DNA of 63,612 nt, counting the filler, from Kipferlia bialata (Eukaryota), in assembly GCA_003568945.1 (NCBI GenBank). It is 4 parts of 4 records of this genome, joined end to end, with 100 filler letters (N's around TTAATTAATTAA, not from the genome) between each part and the next. Parts side by side here need not be neighbours in the genome. Positions count along the whole stretch, not along the records: positions 1 to 16,730 come from BDIP01000161.1; 3 more parts are not named here. The stretch is one strand, 5' to 3'. Below, in pieces: positions 1-12,100 of this stretch. Position numbers and translations under genes: made by a program. Every line of letters starts with the position of its first letter. Position 1 is the stretch's first letter. The notes under the pieces were generated by a model. That model was not told the origin of the DNA, made no database searches, and worked only from the letters and a program-made list of their open reading frames with translations.

Positions 1-223
1 TCCCCCCCCGTCATACCCCCCCCCCCCACCCCCCCCCCCCCCCCCTCATTCTACCCACCCCCCTTCTTGAGGCATCTCTACAAGTCATATACTTTACTCT
101 CTCGGTCTCTCTCTCTCTTGGACGCAGGCTCCCATTCCACACTCTCTTATACTATTTGACTACGTAGATACTTCTATACTATCGCTCTCTGTTTCTCTCT
201 CTATTGCTCTCAGTCTAACCCAG

Positions 224-2083
224 GCACCACCTCAACGGAGGCCTCTCCCCCCACCCCTCTCTCCCTGTCCTCATGTGTCACTCTGAGGAATGGGGTCAAG
301 ATGCCAATACTGGGTATGGTTATATATATATATATATATATGTATGTATATTAATACAATAACGTACCATATATACAATGTATACATACTCTCCCTATCC
401 TCATGTGTCACCCTTAGAAAGGGAGTCAAGATTCCGGTATTGGGTATGTATGTGTAAATTTTTACAGATATATATATATGTATATAGGTAGTAGTCTGTA
501 GATATATTTATATATGTCTAGATGTGTCACCCTGAGGAATGGAGTCAAGATGACTCAACTGGGTATATACCAAAAGTGATAGTGAGACTTCTCCGTTGAG
601 CATACTCTCTTACTCTCTCTCTCTCCCCCGTTTACTCCTATTCTTAGGCATAGGTCCCTATGTGATCAGTGAGTGTGAACCCATATAGTATGCCCCCCCA
701 CTCTCTCTATATCTCTGTCTATCCCTCCTTCTCATATATCAATAGGTTATGGAACATACTGTGTGAGTGAGTGAACCCATGGAGCAATACATCTCTCTCT
801 TATCATATATGAATAGTTAATATATACGTATCCCTCCTTCTCTCTTTTCGACAGGTTTTGGTACACACAAGATCAGTGAGTGTGAACCCTTTGAGCATGC
901 CCTGGCCCTCTCTCTCTCTCTCTCTCTCTATGTCTCTCTCTCTCTCTCCTTCTCATACAGGTTTTGGCACCTATAGAATCAGTGAGTGTGAACCCTTTGA
1001 GCATGCCCTGGCCCTTGGGTACAGACTCATAGACACGGGGTCATACTACTTGAATGAGGAACTGATAGGTATATCTATGTACTATATATATATATACAGA
1101 TATATAGATATATATATAAATATGGATATCAGATATACATGGGTATGCCCTCTCCCTTGGGTACAGACTCATAGACACAGGGTCATACTACTTGAATGAG
1201 GAACTGATAGGTACTATAGTATATAGCATATCTATTGTTATACACTATCTGGTAATCATATATACTATATATATATACTATATATATATACTATATATAC
1301 TATATATCCTAGATATGTGTGTGGGGATGCCCTGGCCCTTGGGTACAGACTCATAGACACGGGTTCATACTACTTGAATGAGGAACTGATAGGTATGTAC
1401 ATTCAATAGTATATGTTTAGTATATAGTGTATATATACTATTACTTGGCCTAGTTAGCATGTATATGCGCATATGGTTACAGATTCATGGACAAAGGGTC
1501 ATATTCCTAAATGAAGAGATTATAGGTATAATAGTGCGTAGTATACTTCTTAGTATACACTACCTAGTATTATTGTATTCTATATATATACTATATATGT
1601 GTATGGGTATATCTCTGATGGGGACAGACTCCTAGACAGGGTTATACTTGATTGAGGAGTTGAGAAGAAAGTATATATACTGCCTATTCCTTACACTTAC
1701 CTCCAATATTATTGATACCCAGGCCCTCAAGGCCAGTGGCATACCCAAACATATAATATATATATATATGTATATACTCATACATATTTATATATATACT
1801 CATACCCAGGCCAGGCCCTCAAGGCCAGTGGGATAGCCAGAGAGGAGGTGTTTCTGACAACAAAGGTGGGGCTGTATCTCATTAAGAGTGAAAGGACGAT
1901 GTCTAGTATTTGTATATACTATGTGTATATAGTGTGAGTATACAGATACCTGTTTCTGACAACAGAGGTAGGGCTGTGTATTGTCTCTCTCATGCCCCAC
2001 TCGTCTCATCACAGAAGTTTGCATCTATTGTATCTAAATGTGTGGGAAGATGACCAGGTCTGAACAGCAACAGAGATGGGCAA

Positions 2084-2121
<38 letters not shown>

Positions 2122-3305
2122 ACACCCTTATTGTCAGGTCTGGACCACTGAGATGGGCTATGAGGGTACACTGGAGGCATGTGCCAAGAGCCTAGCTAGG
2201 TATGTATCGATATATATATAAACAAATACACATACTTACATGTACACATATATATAGTAATTATGAATGTAGTTATACATATACACTTGAGATATTTAAT
2301 ATAATACACTGGAGGCATGTGCCAAGAGCCTGGTGAGGTAAGCATAGTTATAGTATAGATAGGATATGTTGTATATGTACACTGGATACTAAGTATATAC
2401 CTAGGATGCATGTGCCAAGGTCTATGTAGCAATAGTAATATACAGACCGCATGCATACTGTATAACATATACTATAAATCAGGAGACACTCAGTCTAGCC
2501 CACTGGCCCGTCAATATTTACCTCTCTCTCTCTCTCTCTGCATCTAGTTGGTTTGATTCCACTTTAGAGAGGCCTCTATCTGGCCCACAGTATTGTCAAT
2601 CTCTCTACCTTTCTCTTCCTACAGCACTAATACAGGTTTGACACACCCTACATCGACCTCTATCTAGCCCACTGGCCTGTCAATGACACGATGAGGGACA
2701 CGTGGAGGGCAATGGAAGAGTTATATAGGTAACGCAGTATACATAGTATATATAGTGTATATATATTGGGTTCATATATATATATTGAATGACACGATGA
2801 GGGACACATGGAGGGCAATGGAGGAGTTGTATAGGTAATACACACAAAATATATAGTATATACATTAGACGGCAAAGAATACATATATAGTATTAATATC
2901 ATATAGCAAAAGTGGGTATCTACATAGGATACATAAAATGTATGTACACATATGCCCTATCCTTAACATCAGGGCTGGCAAGGTCCGTGCCATAGGGGTG
3001 TCCAACTACGAGGTGAAAACCGTCTCGCATTATAATTAATGATGATGATGCTGTACATTGTACGTTTCAATGTGTGTGTCACTCATCTCAGGAGTGTGAC
3101 CTTGCCCTGTTGGCACAGCATGCCACAGTGATGCCCATGGTCAACCAGACAGGTATATATACATATATTAGCTAATAGATAGATATATAGAATTGGTATA
3201 TATATGGACAGATATGCACATGAGGTAGACATGCCACTGTCATGCCCATGGTCAACCAGACAGGTATGGTATATGTATATACATATATAGTTATATATGT
3301 ATATG

Positions 3306-3345
<40 letters not shown>

Positions 3346-4890
3346 TGTGTATACAGACACTGTGATGCCGGCGCTCAAGCAGACAGGTATTGTTCACCTT
3401 TGTATATGCATATGACTGGATTGTCGTGTGTATGTCACATATAGACACATGTATACATATAAGCACTATAATAGCATCTTCATATACCTAACCCCTCAGA
3501 GCTACAACCAAGGCTCCAGCAACCGGACACTATTAACGTATACGTATATAACTGTCTTTGTATCAATACCTAACCTACTAGAGCTGCACCCTAGGCTCCA
3601 GCAACCGGAGTTGTGTGCATACTGTAAGGAGTTGGGGATCCAGGTGATTGTACTATTATCACTTACTCTTTACTGCTGACCCAATTCATTCTGACCCTAG
3701 ATGGAGGCCCACACCCCCACCATGTACTCCCAAGTGCACGTATATACTATACACATTTACTATATATATTAGATACATCGTATTCACGCTAGATGGAGGC
3801 CCACACCCCCATCATGGGCTCCAAGCATATATGATATATATATATATACTCACCAGTATAAATAGTGTTTATATACTAACCATCAGATGGAGGCCCACAC
3901 CCCCATCATGCGCTCCCAGGTCAGGTTCATAAGGGAACTAGGGGAGATAGGGGCCAAGTACAACAAGACAGAGTGCCAGGTGGCACTGAGGTATAAGAGT
4001 ATATATATGTGTAGAACATATGTAGTATAAGGGAACACTATAGTGTATTCGAAGTAGTTGCAATAATGAACGTGTTGCTGTACATGACAATAAGACTGAG
4101 TGCCAGGTGGCACTTAGGTACGCAATTACTATATATATACTTACGTACTCTGTTACAGGAGATTACATTACTCGTTGTTTCACATTGCAATATACAATGC
4201 AAATTTTGGTTATGTCAAGTACAACATAACTGAGTGTTAGGTGGCACTGAGGTTAGAATAGGAGTATATGCTTATCTGTAATTTATCTACTCTTGTAATA
4301 ATAGACACTTTGTCATCAGTATGTCTTCTTATTCTGGATGGGTTATCCAGCGTGGGTGGTTATCGTATTCCAGGAATAATAGTAAACACTCAATAATAAT
4401 AGAATTCATATTCCTGTCAATTCTCATAGCAGGTGGGAGATCCAGCGTGGGTGGGTGTCCATCCCCAAGGCCCAGAACCTGTATCACATCGAGGAGAACG
4501 CACAGCTGTTTGACTTTACACTCACTGAGGAGGTGTGTTATGTAGCTGAAGTCATAGTTTGTCTATAAGTATATATGTGAGTGCGTATACATGTACATGT
4601 GTGTACTTACCTGAACAGATGGCTGTCATTGATAATCTGGACGACGAGACCAGATTGATTCATCAACACATATATATATACATGTATGAGAACTATATGC
4701 GTATTTGTACTTACAATAGGAGATGGCTGTGATTGATGGTCTGGACAGAGAGGACATATATCCATATATATATCCATGCACTTACATGTATTTTACAGTA
4801 GTGTATATGCACTTACCCTAGGAGATGGCTGTGATTGATGATCTGGACAGAGACGACAGGATGGGGCCAAACCCAGACACGTTTAGGTGA
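224..4890 (+). CDS. Aldo/keto reductase family protein, multi-exon, 5' end not identified
   Basis: Phase-compatible GT-AG exons 224-313, 961-1068, 1810-1865, 2138-2199, 2636-2728, 2973-3012, 3092-3152, 3582-3643, 3887-3990, 4433-4532, 4822-4886/4890. They give [92 protein letters not shown], with the AKR Asp/Tyr/Lys/His tetrad motifs. A further exon at 5450-5513 is possible. Confidence 0.93.
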
Positions 4891-5091
4891 ATATATATAT
4901 ATGCATACATGTAACAGTAAACTACACTATACTATATGGAAGAGGGATGTCTATTACAGTGTAGAGACGACAGGATGGGCCAAACCCAGACACATTCAGG
5001 TATATATGTGAATATGAGTATATAGTAAAATACACTTATGTATATATATTTATCAAGGTAATACATATGAATATTTGTATAGCGATATCAT

Positions 5092-5112
5092 NNNNNNNNN
5101 NNNNNNNNNNNN
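5092..5112. other. Scaffold gap (21 N)
   Basis: N run with the same 34 nt on both flanks, suggesting an unmerged overlap. Confidence 0.95.
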
Positions 5113-5198
5113 GTAATACATATGAATATTTGTATAGCGATATCATGTATAGAAAGGACAGGATGGGGCCCAACCCAGACATGTTTGGACATATATAT

Positions 5199-5246
<48 letters not shown>

Positions 5247-6094
5247 GATCTGATCACCCAGGGTGTCTCCCAGCTGTATATCGGATGATACGAGATACTT
5301 TCATTCTCATACTACTTATGTTCATTCTCATACTACTTAAGTTCATCCAACCAAGCCTCTTGGGTGGCAATTTGATACTTACCCTCAGATTACATATGTA
5401 TATATATATATCAATGCATATGAGAATATTGTATTGTACTTACTCTCAGGTTGGACGCCCATGCCCTGGAGAAGGGTAACCTCCCTGAGATGGTGCAGAT
5501 GTTTCTAAAGTAGGGATTTACTAATACTACTCTATTCCCTAGTATATACTGTTTGACAATAGTTCTTCTCCATAGGTCATATTTAGTCGCGTTCGCCTCC
5601 TTCTTTCTGTCTCGATACTGACTGTTAGGGAGAGAGGAGACTTCGACAAGGGAAGCCACATGTGACAAGTGGTGACAAGTGGTGACAAGTAGCGACGGAT
5701 TGTGATGAATACCAAGCAATAGTGTGGACTCGCATTGTCCACCTAGGAGGGTGCCAAGTTGATATGGTACTCCCACAGATGAAAGAGAGAGAGAGTATAT
5801 ATGTGTGTGTGAGAGAGTCTCTCTCAGAGAGATATGGTACTCTCCAAGAGAGATGAAGGAGAGAGAGAATGTGTTTGTGTGTGAGAGAGCGACAGTGATA
5901 GTAGCGATAAGATGCAATTGATGTGTGTACATGAGATTGGAAGTTCCAATAGACTGTTTCTACCATTCTATTCTAGTCGAATCAGAGGTGTTCAGATCTG
6001 GTCCTTCACCTACATTGCCATATACATATTCTTGTAGAGAGTCTAGTAGAGAGGAGTGCTCTTACAGATACATAGTGTATCAACAGAACACTTC

Positions 6095-6426
6095 TCAATA
6101 TGGGTAGGCGGTGGCTATCACCATTGATCCAGTTCTCTTCACGGGACACACACCCTTAAACTTCATGGTAATGGACTCATTTGTACTGGTGAGTCCTTGT
6201 GTATTGGCATTGAGAGTTGTGTATATGCGTCTCAATCTCCCAAGAGGGAACTCGCTGATTGCGACAGACTCCACAGGCTGGACCTCCAGTGGATACTCCA
6301 CAGTATAGTGGAATTGGAGACTCAACTGCACTGTGTATGTCACAGGCTGTGACCCACAGCATATATTGCCATTCCAAATGAGTGATAAGGGTAGAGTCTC
6401 TACCCTGGGTAGAGACACATCACACC
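6095..6426 (-). CDS. Possible isolated coding exon of unknown function
   Basis: 107-aa ORF that is not low-complexity (LPRVETLPLSLIWNG..), preceded by an AG acceptor; could not be joined to a gene model. Confidence 0.25.
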
Positions 6427-6589
6427 TGCATTAAATCAAACAGAACCAAAATGTATTGGAATCTCTTTCTATTCTGATGATGGTGAACTCTCTAGAGATA
6501 GACACTGTCACTCATTCTCCTAGACTCCCCAAGTTGGATCGCTGTGTATACCTGGAAGGGTTAGCCAGTCGCTTCTCTCCCCCACTGAC

Positions 6590-8521
6590 TCAGTCCATCT
6601 CCTCCAGCTCCTCTCCCTCCTCCTCCACTCTCTCTCTGGCCTGCTCTATGGCAGTTCCCACCGACTCTGCAAACTCCCTCCCCATCCTCTCCATCCAAGT
6701 CACACCCTCTGCCTCTCCCTCTCCCTCTCTCTCCCTCTTCTTCTCTGTACCCTTGTCCACACCAAGTACCTCAGCCAGGCCCTGGGCGAACTCCCTTCCA
6801 AGCTTCTCAACCCAGTTGCCGCCCATTTCCCTCTCTCTCTCCCCCTCCACCTCAGGTGCTCTGTTGATGTAGCTGGCGAACTCTCTCCCCATCGCCTCCA
6901 CCCATGGGTACTCCCCCTCCCCCTCTGTCTCTCTCTCCCTGTCAACACCTGGTGTCCTAGTCTCTGCCCTTCCCATTGCAGCAGACACACCCTGGGCGAA
7001 CTCCCTCCCCATCCTCTCCACCCACCCCTCCTCAGAGTCCATCTTGGTAGGTGGTCTCTCCGTCTCTCTCCCCTGTCTCTCTCTCTCCATCTCTCTCTTG
7101 CGGAAGCGGCTGAGGACCCTAGCACGGTTCCTCGCATGCATGTACCTCTCCCTCTCGGAGTAAGGCACTCTCACTCCTGCATGCTGACGTGTGGGCCTAC
7201 TCATGTGAGGGTGGGCTCTGTGGCGGGGCATGGCTCTAGTCCCACACACACCTCTGGTGCAAGGGACAGGGTGGTAGTATCCACCACATGGTATACCCAT
7301 AGGCATGCACGTGTGTGACAGGTGTGACATGCAAGAAGGACAGTGACAAGGACAGCAGCAGGGACAGTAGCTGGATGCCTGGCCTGCACAGGGAGAGAGA
7401 GAGCAGCATGGGTATTGGCAGCATGTGGGGGTGGGTCTGCATGTGCAGAGGGAGGGAGAGTATGGGTCTCTGTGGTAGGGGTAGCCACGCCTGTACTGTC
7501 CTGGTGGCCCATGGGAGTGTGGGCGAGGCCTCCTGCCTCTGACACCTGGGGTGAGAGTCCGGATGTATGTATAGAGTACAGTATACAATATTATGTACAA
7601 ATGCACAATGGGCATTGTACTGTACAATGCCATTGTACAGTATATACACTGTCGATTGTAGTGAAATACTCGTAAGGAGTAGCAGTACTGAGAGGGAGAG
7701 GATAGTGATGCTTTCAACTGATGGTCAGGTGATGGCATATACAGTTGTCTACATATCGATCAAGCCCTCAGAGTCACTGCCCAAGTCTTGGGCCAAGAGA
7801 ACCAGAGGTATATGTGTATGCTATCTCCTCTAAACTACCGATATTGCCCTCAGTTCTAAATATGTATATTCTACGTATAGTATTAGAGGATGATCACATA
7901 CCTCTCCTCAGATGACCCCAGAGCGACTCATAATGTATGTATACTATATATAATATACATAGATGTATACTATATACAGCATTTAGATACTATGCCATAC
8001 CTCTCCTCAGATGACCCCAGAGTGGCTCAAAAGGGTAGCGACCACCGTACATTCTGATCAGTTCGATGGTGGAGAGGGGGAAGAGAGGAAGATCCTCGGC
8101 GGTGGTGCTAGACTCGTCTGAGAGATGGTCGGTAATGGCAGCAGCCCACTTGTTGACCTAGTTGTTAGGTTTTCAATGGAAATAGCATAATGATACTAGA
8201 TAAGAACAGCAATGCTCTCAACATTCTTAACAATTGTTATGTCAATACATATGATAATACATAGAGTGTAACTGACTGCTAGGACTTCAATCTACCATGT
8301 TGCTCCACGAACCTTCTGGGTGATAGCTGTCTTCTCGTCTGGAGTCATCTCTGAGATCTTCTTAAGCTGCCTGCTGTTACATACATTATAAAGAGAGAAG
8401 AAATAATATAATGAATACCCTACAATACTCTATATAGTCGAAAGACTAACCTGATCTCCTCATCCGTTAGAGGTGGAACCTGGAAATAGGGGTACATATC
8501 AGGCCTAAGGGAAGGATCCAT
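6590..8521 (-). CDS. Hypothetical protein with a Cys-rich segment and four W-x-E-x-(M/L)-GREFA repeats
   Basis: ATG at 8521 (MDPSLRPDMYPYFQVPP), several GT-AG exons, and a large last exon (~7546-6590) in the 6590..7738 ORF frame. The junction around 7730-7830 is unresolved. Confidence 0.6.
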
Positions 8522-9190
8522 GACTGATTCACTTGCAGTGTGCTAGGAGTGAGTTCTTAGAGAGTGTGCTGCTCCGGGTTGGTATGTGTCCAAGTTGAGG
8601 GAATCTATTGTAGATGCTCTCTCATATGATGATCTATACTATACAACTTGAAGGCATCTTTGATGGAAGATGATATATTGCCCAAATGAGGAAATCATAC
8701 ACCACTCTCTCTTGTTCTACAGTGTACACTCATGTGTCGAATAATAGTTCTGCAACCTCAAACCTACAATATATGGTTATTGTGGCAGTATTTGATAGTT
8801 TCTACTAGGCCTATTACGTATACTAGTACCGTACTAGAGAGGGAAGGGGAGATACGAGGATGGGGAGAGAGAAATTCGTCAGGGTCTCGAGTGGCATCCT
8901 CGCCTAGTTTGCATATAGCTCTCTGACTCACTGAGATGGAGACAAGATTATGCAACCCGAAGTAGCCTACCCGCTAGACTGTACCTTACCCTCTAGGTTT
9001 GTGCATGTATTTTCAGATATGTAACCAACTCCCCCTATGACTCCAAAAGATATAGCATGTAATATGTCTAGAAGAGCAATTAAGCTCATAGAATGAGGCA
9101 TATAACATCCTATGCTCTCACATTTAGTCCAATACCGCAGCAAGATAACGCAGCGTCTTTGAAAGGGACGTAGCAAGTCCACTCACAACT

Positions 9191-12100
9191 CTAATCAGAA
9201 TCGTTGGTGTGACCGAATACCGTATCTTGAGGTGCAAGGGAATCTTTGGGTCCTATGATCAGGGCTGCTGTTATGTTATCGGCATCAAGTGACAATGATA
9301 ATGAATAGCCACTATAATGAAGTTGAGTAAGAAGAGTGGTCTACCATGTGTTGTGGAAATCTAGCAGAAGTTCAACGGATGATGTGAAACCATTTACCTG
9401 GAAGTGGGACCTTTATGTACCCAGGCACCACAGTGCCAGTGAGCACAGTCAACGGTAGGTCATGGCGGGACAGGAAGTCCCACGCCTTGAGACCGACAGC
9501 CAAGGAGTGAAGACTGTTCTGCATATACCTAGACGTATTAGCCTCCAACTTAGAGTAACGAATGAGACTTGACCCAATAATCACCAGCAGTATTGCATGA
9601 TGAAACCAACAGAAGAGTGTTTCCAGAAGTATCCTATATCACTGACTACCCACCTGACTCTTGCATGTCCATCCAGTGCTAAGAAGACAGCCTCTAGATG
9701 AGTGTCACAGGCGGTGAGCCAGCGGCATACACGGGGAGGACAATCTGTAGAAGGTCAGAAAGAGGCAGAGGGACAGAGAGTATAACCATCATAATAGTGT
9801 GGCAGTATCTTGGTTATCGAAGCCTTTTCTAGTCTAAAGTGAGCGATTCACATTGATATCCGTAAATATGTCTTATAGCGATGAGAAAGAGACAGAATCA
9901 TTGAATACTAACAGTCAAACAGCCATCCAGAGTCTGTCTGGACCTGACAGCGGAGTCACATTACAATTACATATGCACACATAGAGAACTCTCCAACATA
10001 AACAGTCAGATTGTCATCCAGTCAAGTCAATTACACACATAGATGTACCTAGGTAGGGGTGGGTGACTGGGACTTCGTACATTCACGAGTTCTCTCTAAA
10101 TTACTATATAGTGTAACCACTCCGCTACATTTTTGAAGCCCTTCTTAGAATCTAAGACTTAGATGTACCTAGGTAGGGGTGGGTGACTGGGACTTCGTGC
10201 AGTTGCATGACCAGATCCATTTGGACTAGAAGGAGAGTGGCGTCGCAGTATGTCAAAAGGCTGATGATTAGACTAAGATCCATTGGAGAGTGGAGTAGCA
10301 GTATGTCACAAGACTGGTCATCAGAGGTAGAAGTATAGAAAGAGAGCTGCGTCGCAGTATGTGAATAGACTGGTCAGAGGTAGATCCAGGGTACAAATGG
10401 TATTGAGGAAGAACAGATTAGTCTCAATACAATGCACAATATATGTAACTTTAGAGGGAATACGAATAGCGGCGTACATCTCTGTCGGTAGGTCAGGTGT
10501 GGCCAAGACTACTGGAAGAATGCTCACACCGGCCTGGGGTCAGGTATCACAAGTATAGTTGGATATACTAAAATGGTATATGATGCCTAGTCAATAGGAC
10601 TCACCTTAGCAAGCTCTGTGAGTGATGCGTACAAGATGAGAATACAACTTGTAATCATTTAGAATATGTAGTCTATCCCATAACAAATATGGACTAGTCC
10701 AGTCACTATCTCACTAGTCACCTTAGCAAGCTCTGTGAGAGATGCGTACATCCGCCACAGCCACTGGGGACAGTACTCTGAGTCATGGTACCCAAAGAGA
10801 GGGGAGAGGGTATACCTAACCTGGAAATTGGTATCAATATGGGATAGAGACTATCACATACTGATAAGGTAGCGTACCTGCACAACATCTCTGAATGCCC
10901 TGCCAATCAGCACCATATAGGCGGTCAGATCCCTCACTGTACCAGGCGGGCACTCTAAACCTCGCCTCAGAGCCCTCCTGGCGATGGTTAGCGCAGCCTT
11001 CAGCAGCTGGTTGAAAGAGTCCCCAATGTCCCAGGGGGTCAACGTGAGAGAAGCAAAGAGCTCAGCCTCAGCATCTGACACAAGACCTGGGTCAGACATA
11101 TTGTATACCATCTATGCATATATACATGTCGGACATATGTATACTGTTACCCAACAGGGAAGTGCACCTTGACTCTCCTTGACTCTCCTTGACTCACCTT
11201 GACTCACCTTGACTCAACACACTCATTTGAGATGCACAGAGTGAGTGCACACAGGCAGTCGTCTCGAGTACGCCCTTCATCACCATAGTGGTGCTGAGCT
11301 TGAGGCTATCGAAGTAGTTGGCCTGATGTGAGTAATCCTAACAATGACTCAATAATAATGAATACACTATTGAATATACTGTTATTAATGCAGTGAGTCC
11401 CATGTGGCTCGGCCTCACCTCTCTCAGTAACTGGCAGAGTCTGACTATCTGAGTGGCCTTGGTGTTGTAGTAGACACATAGCTTGCTAGAGGTCAGATAA
11501 AGAGTCAGAGAACTAATAGGGAACATATAGAGACATGAGAGGATATCAAAACATGGGGAGTGAAACAGGCTTACCAGAGACCGCCAATATCAGTGAGATC
11601 GCAGGTGCGACCCCGATCAGCATCTCTGGGCTCAATGTCAGGAGAGCTAGAGAACCCATATACCTTGCAGTAAGAAAGTGTCAGTATCAGTTTGTATCAG
11701 AATCATGATACTGATACTGATTCTGATACATTCCATAAGACTGTAACCTTATTGCTGATGTGTCTTCTACGAAAAACCGACCCAATAGGCCATACAGTCC
11801 TCACTCACCATTGGCTCTTGGGAAGGTGTGTCTGCAAGCTCACTACAGAGATCCTGCACATCCCAATCAATGTTGTCTAAGCTGTGAGAACAAGGGATAT
11901 GTAAAGTCTCTTACTGAGAGATGTGACATGGACAGATGTGTTGTCCATGAGGTAATTTAACTAATACCTGTTACAAGGCGCCTTGCCACATCATCGTTCC
12001 AGTGGAGAATATGACCAACACCACCTGGGGAGTCAGCAGAAACACAAGGGTATTGACGTACCCCTGGGCACTTCATGGGTCATACCTGAGAACATTCTCC

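Noticed and set aside
645..1670. Repeat-spacer appearance of echo arrays suggesting CRISPR
   Set aside because: Repeats are degenerate pieces of host exons with irregular microsatellite spacers; eukaryotic DNA and no cas genes
5058..5146. Exact 34-nt direct repeat around an N gap
   Set aside because: Typical unmerged contig overlap, not an echo or target-site duplication
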